Below are positions 25,305 through 36,652 of a stretch of 64,000 bases of DNA, in pieces. The stretch's first letter is position 1. Every line of letters starts with the position of its first letter. The translations under genes and the position numbers were made by a program. Under the pieces are notes generated by a model. It saw only the letters and a program-made list of their open reading frames with translations. It was not told where the DNA came from and did not search any database. Source of the stretch: Octopus sinensis (lineage: Eukaryota); NCBI RefSeq assembly GCF_006345805.1, contig NC_043026.1, forward strand, positions 3,410,001 to 3,474,000, in the 5' to 3' direction.

Positions 25305-25426
25305 TTAGAAATAGCAGTCAAAGAGTTATAGCTATTTCTTCTACTAAAAAGGGAGATCTCAGTAAAAACTGAAATCTCCCTTTTTAGTAGAAGAAATAGC
25401 TATAACTCTTTGACTGCTATTTCTAA
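25305..25426. repeat. Perfect 53-bp inverted repeat with 16-nt spacer
   Basis: ttagaaatagcagtcaaagagttatagctatttcttctactaaaaagggagat - ctcagtaaaaactgaa - exact reverse complement. Confidence 0.95.
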
Positions 25427-25456
25427 TTAATTTCACCCTTCATTATTACGGATAAC

Positions 25457-25500
<44 letters not shown>

Positions 25501-26094
25501 CAGTGCTTTTCAAACTTTTTGCTGGAGCGGAACCCCTAGGAAACACTCCACTGGCCCGGGGAACCCCTGTGCAATAATTTAATAGTCTTATGCACACATA
25601 TCTGCACAGGAGAATTAAAAATTACTGCCGATTTTAGCAGTTTTCTAACTTCTTGCGGAACCCCTGGACTGTACTAGTTGCCGTGGTAATTGCCATTCTG
25701 TTTTGCATGACCAGCCACAGTATGTAAAGCAAGACAAGAGGCCTACAACATAATTAGAAGGATTCCCAACATTGTTGATGGTGATTAACCCTTTGGAGAC
25801 GGAGCCTCATTTGGAGTTTCAGTGCCAAGAAGACAGCCCTTTTCACAAGCCCTACACAGGGCATACTCTATACTCTTTTACTTGTTTCAGTCATTTGACT
25901 GCGGCCATACTGGAGCACCGCTTTTAGTCGAGCAAATCGACCCCGGGACTTATTCTTTGTAAGCCCAGTACTTATTCTATCGGTCTCTTTTGTCTAACTG
26001 CTAAGTGACGGGTACGTAAACACACCAGCATCGGTTGTCAAGCAATGCTAGTGGGACAAACACAGACACACAAACATACACACACACACATATG

Positions 26095-26136
<42 letters not shown>

Positions 26137-27139
26137 TATATACGACAGGCTTCTTTCAATTTCCACCTACCAAATCCACTCACAAGGCTTTGGTCGGCCC
26201 GGGGCTATAGCAGAAGACACTTGCCCAAGACGCCATGTAGTGGGACTGAACCCGAAACCATGTGGTTGGTAAGCAAGCTACTTACCACACAGCCACTCCT
26301 GCAATATTAAAAAAAATGTTCCAAAAAACAAAAACAAAACAATTACTTTACAGTTATATAAAACTATATTCTTGTAGGAAATTGAATGAACGAATACAAT
26401 CTTCTTTGTCATTTCACTTTTCGCCCGATCGATCAGCCTTGTCGTCTCCTAAGTGTTAAGGATGTCACTGTAATTCCACCTTCCTTGTCAATGAGCTCCA
26501 AGGAATGGCTGGATTTGTTTAGACCAGTTTACCAACAAACTACAGAACTGAGCAGTGGAAGTCTCCAAGAGTTTTTTGAACAAAATAACAAAATAAAAAG
26601 AACGTAAAAGTTGATACACTTAATGACGAAAGTATGGGAAAACTTGTGGGAAATGTGATTATATTAAGAAGTATAGATTCCGTGGCAAAAGTCTGTCTTT
26701 TCTCTATTCTTTTCCTTTATTTGTTTCTGCCATGCTGGAGCACTGCCTCAAAGGGTTTTTTTTTTTTTGGTTGAAGAAATCGACCTAGAACTTATTCCTT
26801 GTCAGCCTAGTACTTATCACATCAGTTTCTTTTGCTGAATTGCTAAGTTACAGGGATGTAAACACCAATATCGGTTGTCAAGCAATGGTGGGGCTGGGAA
26901 CAAACAGACTCACACACACACACACACACACGCATACGACGAGCTTCTTTCAGTTTCCATCTACCAAATCCACTTCACTCATAAGGCTTTGGTCGACTCA
27001 TGAGGCTATAGTAGAAGACACTTGCCCAAGGTACCACGCAGTGGAACTGAACCTGGAACCATGTGGTTGGGAAGCAAGCTTCGTATTATAGCCAGGCCTG
27101 TGCCTATCCTCCAAAATGTTTGAATATCTGCAACCTCTC

Positions 27140-27560
27140 CTCCTCACACCATCAACATCAAGACTGGAGCTCCACTTTAGTGTCAGTGGTGCCCAACACC
27201 ACCGACATTTTACTGACTTTGAGGAAACTCAACTGTGTTTTAATACTGGAGCAGTGCTGACCATTTCTCGAATCTCCCCTTCAGCCCTCTGACACGGGCT
27301 TACCACTCACTCTACGAAGATTGCAATTCCTCATCAAACTTGCTTTTGTTATGTCAATAGATAAGAGTCAAAGACAAAGTTTAGAGAGATGTGGATTGTA
27401 TCTGCCTGATCCAGGGACAATTCTATGTTGTTGTGTATATATGTTGAAAACCAGCAGATATATGCAGGCCAAACAGAATTCGACAGCAATGCCAAGAAGA
27501 GACAAGATAATGGAAAAAGAACTTTGACAAGGAATATTGTCATCTTATGAGATATTCTTC
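27140..27560 (+). mobile_element. Helitron helicase C-terminal relic
   Basis: INIKTGAPL; PLQPSDTGLPLTLRRLQFLIKLAFVMSIDKSQRQSL; TRNIV..YEIF; homologous to 8890-9309. Confidence 0.75.
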
Positions 27561-27734
27561 ATTGAATATACTTATTCTGTAGAATATGTAAAAGAAAAAA
27601 ATTTTAAGGCACAGGAGTGCATCCCAGTTCTATGGATTTAACCAGTGTTCAGTGGAAAACTAAAAACGTTAGTTTTGCATTGATGAATATGGGTATTTAA
27701 ATTGTTTATGAAGCCAACAATGGGGACGTTCTAG

Positions 27735-28270
27735 TGTGTTTTCGGCTCACAAATCTGCTAAACACTGAGTTTAAGATTTTGGGTATTTTGGCCGGGGAAG
27801 CACAAATGTGCACAATCCTGAACAAGTCTATCAACGACAACCTCCACTGCATGAGATGCATCATAGAGAGGGCTGGGACTAAAGCTGGCTTCGGTGGTGC
27901 CCTGATCGGTTTGGATCAGTGTAAAGCATCCGATAAGGTTGACCATCGCTACTTGGAAGCCGTCCTGAAATCGGCTGTTTTTAGAGGTTGGATCGCTGCA
28001 ATGGACACAGGCACCCACTAAGTTGTAAAAATAAACGGCCGCATTGCACACTCGGTCCGTCAGGGCTGTTTGATGTGACCTCCTCTGTACTTGCTGGCTC
28101 TCAATCCATTGCTGCAGAAGTTTGACCATTTGAAGGACATATCTTTCGAAGTGGGACACGGCAGAGTAGTATCGGCGTACACGGTTGACGTTACAGTCAT
28201 GGGGTCAGATGGCTCGAAAGTGGAGACGGTCAGCTCGATTCTAAAAGAATACGAGTAAGCAATCGACAAA
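27735..28270 (+). mobile_element. Tx1/L1-type LINE RT fragment
   Basis: INDNLHCMRCII...GALIGLDQCKASDKVDHRYL and downstream SVRQG, matching RT domain motifs. Confidence 0.75.
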
Positions 28271-28381
28271 GATAAACATTAAGGGCCGTTAGGCCAAGAC
28301 GAATCGTAAGGAGTAACGCCATATAATTTAATCGTATCAAGGATCTATAATCCTTTTAGGTATGCTAGCATCCTAGTTCTC

Positions 28382-28422
<41 letters not shown>

Positions 28423-28423
<1 letters not shown>

Positions 28424-30190
28424 TAGCTGGTGTACCCGGTAATTCCCGGGGATAAAGATGTTCTACTGAAACGCCTTATTAGTCTGATATAAGAAAGCAA
28501 TTTCGTTATAACTGCCACAAAAGGTGTATTTTCCATCACGAAAACGTACAAAAACTGTCAGCTGGAGGAGGGAGAGACTGTTGGAGGTTGACGAAACGGT
28601 TATTTGGAGATGTTGAAAAAATGTGTATTAATGCAATGTGTAAATTAATTACAGCAATATGTATGTAACCGTTTAGATATTGAATTAGAATAGACGATCA
28701 TCAAAATGTTGTGTGAACTGTAAATAAGCAATAAATATTATGATTTGTAAAATAAGTATAACTGATAATACAGGGTGTCGCGAGTCAGTGTGGTGTGAAA
28801 GTTTGGTTTCAGTTTTTAAAAATTTTAAGCATTCACAGTATAGGTTCATAGTAGTGGGAAAAACTTATGAAATACGTTGTGGAATGAAAAATTTATGGAC
28901 TTTCATCGTAAAATTTGAACTTGAAAAATGCAGAATTATCGGAGTTATGGGCATTCATAGTGTAATGAAATTTAATAGAAACCCTGCGTGCATTGGCAGA
29001 ACTTAATTATTTGGAGATGTTGAAAAAATGTCTATTAATGCAATGAGTAAATTAATTACAGAAATATGCATATAACCGTTTAGATATTGAATTAGAATAG
29101 ATGAAGAATAATTGTTTTATTTTGTAAATATGAAACATAATGAATGAGAGACTTACTTGAGATCGCCGTTGTCGTATTAGAGCAGCTTGTGAAGTAGAAG
29201 CGCCCATTCCTACTCTGACTCGTCGTGGCATTTTAAAGGCGAACTTTATGAAGGCTAATTTATTTAAGGTAATATATGAATGTAGTATATATGCATAGAA
29301 ATATATGAATGAAGTGTTATAAGAAAGTGCAATAATAACGTTCACACTCATTGGTGATCGCTGTCAGTAACTGCGTTTAGCTTACGGAGTTCTTGTTTTT
29401 ATAACTATCGAAAATGCAGCCAGAAGGATAGACATATTGTTGAGAACAAATGATTTCGTTGAGGGTCTGTTATCTCCATTCCAGCCCCTGGTGGCCTAGA
29501 AAAGGTTAGAAGGGTCAAGTGGCAAAGACATGATTTTGCTTAGCGGAGGCATCTGGGAATATATAACTGCTGTCATTCATAGAAAATCTATTGTTTTACT
29601 GTGAGAAAAGTTCTGTTGAAGTATTAAATGAAATTTGGCAATCGAGGATCGAACCCACGCTATACCTGCATGAAGCCACTACAAATGCGTTGTGGAAAAA
29701 AAATTATCTACTGTCATGGAGAAAGTGTAACTGTAAAAATGCAGAATTATCGGAGTAAATTATGTATGTATAGAAATGTATGAATGAAGTCTTTAAGGTT
29801 CAAGATTCAAATCAAGGAAGTGCAATGATAATGTTTAGCAGTCAAAACTGAGTAGTGAAATGCAGAATTGGGTTGGCTGATCGTTGGTTCAAAGTAATCG
29901 AACATAAACAATGAAACGGGTTATTTCCCTTGAGTGTTAAAAAAAATATTGTGTAGGGGCATGAGTTATTTCCCTTGGGTGTTTTAAAAAAATAGTTACA
30001 TAAGGTATATACAAAGTCCCTTCCAGGGGCCTTATCAACTTTTCCAACAATCTAAGTATGTCATGTGGTTTCCAAACATGAGTTCTACTCACGTGTCAAG
30101 TTTCATCAAAATCAATAAGATGATGTAGGGAGAGTTAGCTAACAATGCCACAAACAAACACACCAATTTTCCACGCACGCACACATATAT
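28423..30190 (-). mobile_element. Non-autonomous Helitron
   Basis: Minus-strand 3' end cccggg-aatta-ccggg hairpin + tacaccag-CTAG|T at 28423; 5' region with gtgtgtttgtttg...attgattttgatgaaacttg near 30100-30190; internal duplication 28600-28700/29005-29110. Confidence 0.75.
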
Positions 30191-30279
30191 ATGCGATGGT
30201 TCTTGGTAAGCAATGTCAATTTTTACAATTCTGTAAATGATAACAACAACAACAATAATAATAATAATAATGATAATAA

Positions 30280-30940
30280 CAGAATATGTGGAGATGGACA
30301 AGAAACAATAAATCATATTATCTCTGGCTGCCCAGTCCTGGCTAAGAAGGAATATATTCACAGACACGACAGAGGGGAGCTACATACACTGGAAGCTATG
30401 CCAACACTATGGAATAACAACAGAAAAAAGATGGTATAGGCACACACCAGAAAAGGTCATAGAAAACGAGAAAGCAAGCATACTCTGGGATATGTCAATA
30501 CACACAGATAGAGAAATTAAGGCCAACAAACCAGATATAGTTGTCAGAGATCATGAAGAAAAAAATGCTTTCTAATTGATGTATCAATACCAGCAGATGA
30601 CAACGTGTCTCTAAAAGAAATGGAGAAACTTTCAAAATACAAAGACCTGGAAATAGAGGTAACTCGAATGTGGAATCTAAAAACAGAAACAATTCTTATC
30701 ATAGTAGGAAAATACATAACAAAAACACCAGGACTTACAAATATATATAACATACAGAAAATTGCATTGCTGGGCACTGCACACATCCTACGCAAAACAC
30801 TTTCAATACAGTAACCATCAGAGCATCACAATAAACCACAGCAATCTCCAGGGCACACAGAGCTGCGCTCGGTAGTGAAGTGGAAGCAAGCTCTAAAAAT
30901 AAAACTACTAAATAATAATAATAATAATAATAATAATAAT
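30280..30940 (+). mobile_element. Dong/R4-type non-LTR element 3' fragment (CCHC finger + restriction-like endonuclease)
   Basis: RICGDGQETINHIISGC (CCHC), NKPDIVVRD..KCFLIDVSIP (PD..D), EKLSKYKDL, LGTAHILRK; (AAT)n arrays on both sides. Confidence 0.85.
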
Positions 30941-30941
30941 T

Positions 30942-32370
30942 TATAAGCTTAAAGCTTATAAGCGATCACTGTGTAATGACTTGTAGGGAATACAACCGTA
31001 CAGACAAAACGGCGATAAAATGGATATTCTGCAGCGAAAAGGTGATATCTGAAAGGTTGGTCACATAAACTGGCACTAGGTCACCAATTTGGAACGTTCG
31101 AGCGAACTTAAGGCCCCTGAGAATAATAATGGCTGCATGATCGATATTACCTCGGGGTCACCAGTGTAGGGAATACGACCATTCGTAAGGAGTTGGTGAC
31201 AAATGTCTCCTTTAAAACGCCGCACGGTCGACCCTAACACAATAAGAAGCCAAATACATGATATAAAATACGGTGCCAAAAGGAATAATGAGGACGACAA
31301 CCGTTCTACTGTTTGAGAGAAGAAAGACTTTATTTACAAATGTGTATAAAGAGAGAGAGTGCTAGCAAAGTGGAGTGTTTGTATGCACGCGATAAGTGTT
31401 TGTGTCTGTGTGTTCGTGTGTGCGACAGATAAAACAGAATACAGGGCATAAGATGAGTCTCTCAGCATATTGAGTTAAGATGGAATTAGTTTACCAGTTC
31501 GTAAGTGGGGTACACGATAGCAATAGTTCTGTAACAAAATGTTGGGGTCAGAAGGCAGATTGCCGGTTGAACACATGTCGTGTAGCGGTTGTGGCTTCAA
31601 TACCGTGCCGAGTCTCTTGATACAGTAAGTTCTTTCAGGTAGGCTGGAGTTGTTTACCTCGATGAAATATTCATAACAGCGTGGAGTTTAAACCCGAGCG
31701 AGTGCTGCGTACGTATTGCTGAAGTCGACGGAGATGGAGATGACGTAGAGTTGAAGGACGACGATGGTGATGGCGACGGCAGAGGAAGGCGACGGAGATG
31801 GAGAACGTCCTGTCTGTCGCTGGTGTAAGTTAGCGTCGTCAGGGCTAGAGCAGGAACATGGTTGGCTGGTCGTCTGTCGCTAGAACTGGAACATGGCTGA
31901 GTAGCTCTGTGGTCAGTGACTAGACCATAGAAGGTCTAGAGCCAAAGACGAATAATAGTTTGTCGATCTCGCCTTTTATAGGGTTATGGTGGCTCAAATG
32001 AAGTAGTCCTTATCCGAAGGCCGTGATTGGTTGGCTTACACACTGGCGCGAAATAAGTCAAAAGACAAACTGCGCCAAATGCCAACCAATCAGAGAAGTG
32101 GACACAACAAGGTCAAACTAGCCGAAGATGGTTGTTATCTAGCACGAGATCATTTCTAATACGTCTCTCAGTGAGGATGTCACTCACGCTACAGATTAAA
32201 GAAAATAGTCTAATATTAAGGGATATAAGTCGTCGACGGTAATATGTAGGGTTTCCGTTCCATGCGTACGGAATCCCTACTTTTTTTCCGTCGAGGGATT
32301 GTATGCCCCAATATTAGACTATTTTCTTTAGTCCTTACACGGTGATCGCTCAAAAGCTTTAAGCTTATAC
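30942..32370. mobile_element. Foldback MITE (~220 bp) interrupted by a solo LTR
   Basis: tataagcttaaagctt..agcgatcac.gtgtaa.gact|aaagaaaatagtctaatatt is the reverse complement of ~32310-32369 once the LTR is removed; the core is also palindromic. Confidence 0.8.
30982..32193 (-). mobile_element. Solo LTR (~1.2 kb)
   Basis: TGTAG...CTACA termini; 4-bp TSD gact/gatt; TATA-like accctataaaagg on the minus strand near 31975-31985. Confidence 0.7.
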
Positions 32371-32371
32371 A

Positions 32372-32873
32372 ATATTATTATTATTGAGTGAAAGAGCAGT
32401 GCATGCCATCAAAGTGGCACTGCAGTAAAATATACGAAGCCCAATATATCCATCATGACTACCCGTCTGATATGAGTACACCTGGCACACACATCATAAT
32501 CATGTGTGTGCGACAGGGTGATCTCACGTCAAGATAAACAGGGCATGACTTTGCAGGTAGGGTCCAGTTAGAATTTTCTTCACGTTGAGTTGTCCATCCC
32601 GCTCAAATGGTCTCTGATTAAGGGTTGTTTAAGGATGCTGAACGAAACACCCATGTTTCCTAAGGTGAATTATTCAAATCTCAAAGAATTCCTCTCAATA
32701 CATAGCTATGATGTCCCTCCCCCCACTACGTCTGCTCGTGATCAGAGATACACATATCGTCAGCCACTAAAGGACATACTCATCTGGTTAAGGCGAAACA
32801 GTGTACATGATAACACTTTTAATCAGTTAAAATCAGTAGCCATGAGAACCAATGCCTGGTACTGCATTAAGGC

Positions 32874-32937
<64 letters not shown>

Positions 32938-33418
32938 TGCCCTGATGCAGTACCAGGCAGTGGCTCTCGTGGCTTCTGATCTTAACTGATTGGAAGTGTT
33001 ACCATGAACATTTTTTTGTCTTGGTATAAAAGATGGGCTACAGCAAATATTCTGCTCAATACCACAGATTAGCTTGTCAGTTGTTTGACCTTAACCAGTT
33101 GAGCATGTCCCTTAGTGGCTGACGATATGTGCATCTCTGCACCCCTGGAAACATGGGTGTTTCGTTCAACATCCTTAAACAACCCTTATTCAGGGACCAT
33201 TTGAGCGGGATGGACTCAACGTGAAGAAAATTCTAACTGGGCCCCACCTGCAAAGTCATGCCCTGTTTATCTTGACGTGAGATCACTATGTCATTCACAT
33301 ATGGTTGTGATGCATGTGCCTGGTGTACCCTCATCAGACAGGTAGTCATGATGGGTATTCTGGGCTTCGTATGTTTTACCCCAGTATCACTTTGATGACA
33401 TGCACTGCTCTCTCACTC

Positions 33419-33420
<2 letters not shown>
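32372..33420. mobile_element. Two head-to-head copies of an (AAT)n-associated non-coding element
   Basis: Minus copy 32372-32874 and plus copy 32937-33420 share gcagtaccaggca.tgg.tctc.tggct.ctgat.ttaac...gcatgcactgctctctcactcaataat; (AAT)n lies between them. Confidence 0.8.
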
Positions 33421-33513
<93 letters not shown>

Positions 33514-34032
33514 CGATTGAGGGGACAAACGAAAGAAGGGCACTCAATCAATTTAGTGGGAGTTACATGTACATGTATGGATCAAAACAGTTTAATTCAA
33601 ATTCGTTGATATTCTTGAGTTTCAAGCGTGATGCTAGCCGTCATCCATGGGTTGACAGCCGATGTCGGTATGTTTACGTCCCCGTAACTTTATGGTTCGG
33701 CAAAAGAGGTCGATAGAATAAGTACTAGGCTTAAGGAACCAGTCTTGGGGTCGATTTGTTCGATTAAAAGCCTTCAAGGCGGTGCTCAAGCATGGCCGTA
33801 GTAAAATGATTGAAAACCAGCAGAAGATAAAAGATGGGGGTTATTCAAATAATATACTTACACATATATAGGCGCAGGAGTGGCTGTGTGGTAAGTAGCT
33901 TGCTAACCAACCACATGGTTCAGGGTTCAGTCCCACTGCGTGGCATCTTGGGCAAGTGTCTTCTGCTATAGCCCCGGGCCGACCAATGCCTTGTGAGTGG
34001 ATTTGGTAGACGGAAACTGAAAGAAGCCTATC

Positions 34033-34094
<62 letters not shown>

Positions 34095-34606
34095 GTGTGT
34101 GTGTGTGTATGTATGTGTGTGTTTGTGTGTCTGTGTTTGTCCCGATGTTGGTGTGTTTACGTACCTGTCACTTAGCGGTTCGGCAAAAAGAGGATGATAG
34201 AATAAGTACTGGGCTTACAAAGAATAAGTCCCGGAGTCGATTTGCTCGACTAAAGGCGGTGCTCCAGCATGGCCGCAGTCAAATGACTGACACAAGTAAA
34301 AGAGTAAAAGAGAGATATGTATATGCATGTACACACGTGTGTGTATGCGTGTGTGTGTGTGCGTGTGTGTGTGTGTGTGTGAATGTTATTACGTCACAAC
34401 ATAACTCGAAAACATCTTTCCCCACTTCATTCTGCGCTCATCAAGATTTCCGTTGCCATATCCGTCTGCCAGTTGAAGTCTTTCTACAGTTTACTTTAAA
34501 TATTTTAAGTTACTCACAGTCTTACTGGTTCTTTCTTTTGATCTTTTTGTTTTCTATTTTCGTTTTTCACTTAAACAAAAACCAAAACTTTTTACCTTTC
34601 ATCGTC

Positions 34607-34991
34607 TCTATCTGGTTGTTTGATTAATCGATTGATCGACTCCTTATTGATTTATCAATTTAAATCAATCAATCCATATATATTTTATTTTATACTAACT
34701 CAACTAATCGCTTTATCAATCTATCTCACCCCTGGCTTTATTCTCTTTATAGATTACACGGTGATCGCTTATAAGCTTTAAGCTTATACAATATTATTAT
34801 TATTGAGTGAGAGAGCAGTGCATGCCATCAAAGTTTCTATCTGGTTGTTTGATTAATCGATTGATCGGCTCCTTATTGATTTATCAATTATCAATTTAAA
34901 TCAATCAATATATATTTTATTTTATACTAACTCAACTAACAGCTTTATCAATCTATCTCACCTCTGGCTTTATTCTCTTTATTGATTACAC
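34607..34991 (+). repeat. ~153-bp direct duplication flanking a 76-bp insert
   Basis: 34607-34759 repeats at 34836-34991; insert 34760-34835 matches 32341-32415. Confidence 0.85.
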
Positions 34992-36090
34992 TAATCTAGT
35001 AATTAGAATCAGTCTATCGTTAACTTTAAATACTCCATCGATCCTTTGTATTCTTCTTTCAACCGACTGAATCATTAATCTACAACACATTATTGATCGA
35101 TAACTTACCCATCTTTTCTTATATCCAGCTCATCGATAACTTTACCAGTCTACTCCACCTTACGGCCTTCTTTCTATTTTTCCGTTACTGTTGCGTCCGT
35201 CTTTTCATTTTATCGATTACAAAGTGATCCCTTGATTTAAACTAATCCGTACATTTATCGGATTTTCAACTAATTCTTTCCCCCTTATCATTCCTTTGTG
35301 TTAATCTATCATTCCTTATGTTAATCTATTAGTAACTGATTGGCCTATTGGTACATTCAATTCATCGATAACTTTATCAGTCTATTGGCTCTATATCTCC
35401 ACCTCTCCTTCCCGTTTTACTGTTTTTCTTTTATTTTTGCTTCTAGTTCTTCCTTCTCTCCTTTCTCCCTTTCTCAATCTCTCAACTTAATCTATTCATT
35501 CAAACTAATCCAGATTTTCTTCTGATTTTAACCAACGACTTCATCAATCCCTTCTTCTACTTCCCCTTCTCTCCCTTCCTCTTTTTATATATATTTCCTT
35601 ATTTCATCGATCTTTTAATATATTCAGTTTATTTCCGGCCTTGTGCCTAGAAAAGAAAAGAAAATAGATTCAGATTATCCATAATCTCTATAGTCTCCAT
35701 CTTATATTTCTTTTTATTTTCTTTTTATTTTCGTTTTCTTCTTTCCTCTCTTAACCCCTTTCCATCCCCCCTCTCTTCACCCCCTCCCTTGTATTTTCGT
35801 TTGCTTTCCTCTTCTTTCAATTCGATTACTTACTCATATATTTATTGATTTCAACTAATCCACGTATTTCATATTTAACTCACATCCTTATCAATCCATT
35901 TACACTTCCCTTCGCCACCCTCAATCCATCTTGTTTCTTTTATCGCTCAGTTATTGATCTATTGATACAGATTCACTTTATCCATCATTTTATATCAGTA
36001 GATGTATAATTTTTGTTTTTCTCATTTTCTTCATTTTTCAGTTTCCATCTCCATCCCTCCGCCCCCTCCCTTTCCCCACTCTAACCTCTC

Positions 36091-36652
36091 TTAGGGTTAG
36101 TTTTAGGGTTAGCTTCTGGGATTAGGGTTAGTCTTAGGGTTAGCTTCAGGGGTTAGGGTTAGCTTCTAGGGTTAGGGTTAGTTTTAGGGTTAGCTTCTAG
36201 GGTTAGGGTTTGGGTTAGTTTCAAGGTTTAGGGTTAGAGTTAGTTTTAGAGTTAGCTTCTAGGATTAGGGTTAGCTTCTAGGGTTAGGGTTAGGGTTAGA
36301 TTCTAGGTTTAGGGTTAGGGTTAGGGTTAGTTTTAGGGTTAGCTTCTAGGATTAGGGTTAAGGTTAGTTTTAGGGTTAGATTCTAGGTTTAGGGTTAGGG
36401 TTAGTTTTAGGGTTAGCTTCTAGGATTAGGGTTAGGGTTAGATTCTAGGGTTAGGGTTAGTTTTAGGGTTAGATTCTAGGGTTAGGGTTAGTTTTAGGGT
36501 TAGATTCTAGGTTTAGGGTTAGCTTCTAGGGTTAGTTTTAGGGTTAGCTTCTAGGATTAGGGTTAGGGTTAGTTTTAGAGTTAGCTTCTAGGGTTAGGCT
36601 TAGTTTCTAGGTTTAGGGTTAGGGTTAGTTTTCAGGGTTAGCGTTAGGGTTA
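36091..36652 (+). repeat. Interstitial telomere-like array (TTAGGG with TTAGTT and TTAG[C/A]TTCTAGG variants)
   Basis: Read directly from the sequence; ~560 bp. Confidence 0.92.

Noticed and set aside
32590-32979. ORF with poly-Ile run, and the many YIYI/CVCV/HTHT ORFs across the window
   Set aside because: Translations of (AAT)n, (TA)n and (TG)n microsatellites and SINEs.
33070-33150. Apparent type III hammerhead (catgtc..CTGACGA..gtgca-tctc-tgcac..GAAACATG)
   Set aside because: Stem I is only 2 bp, and the sister copy (32640-32790) has ~80 extra bases between the core halves, so the fold arises from a deletion in this copy.
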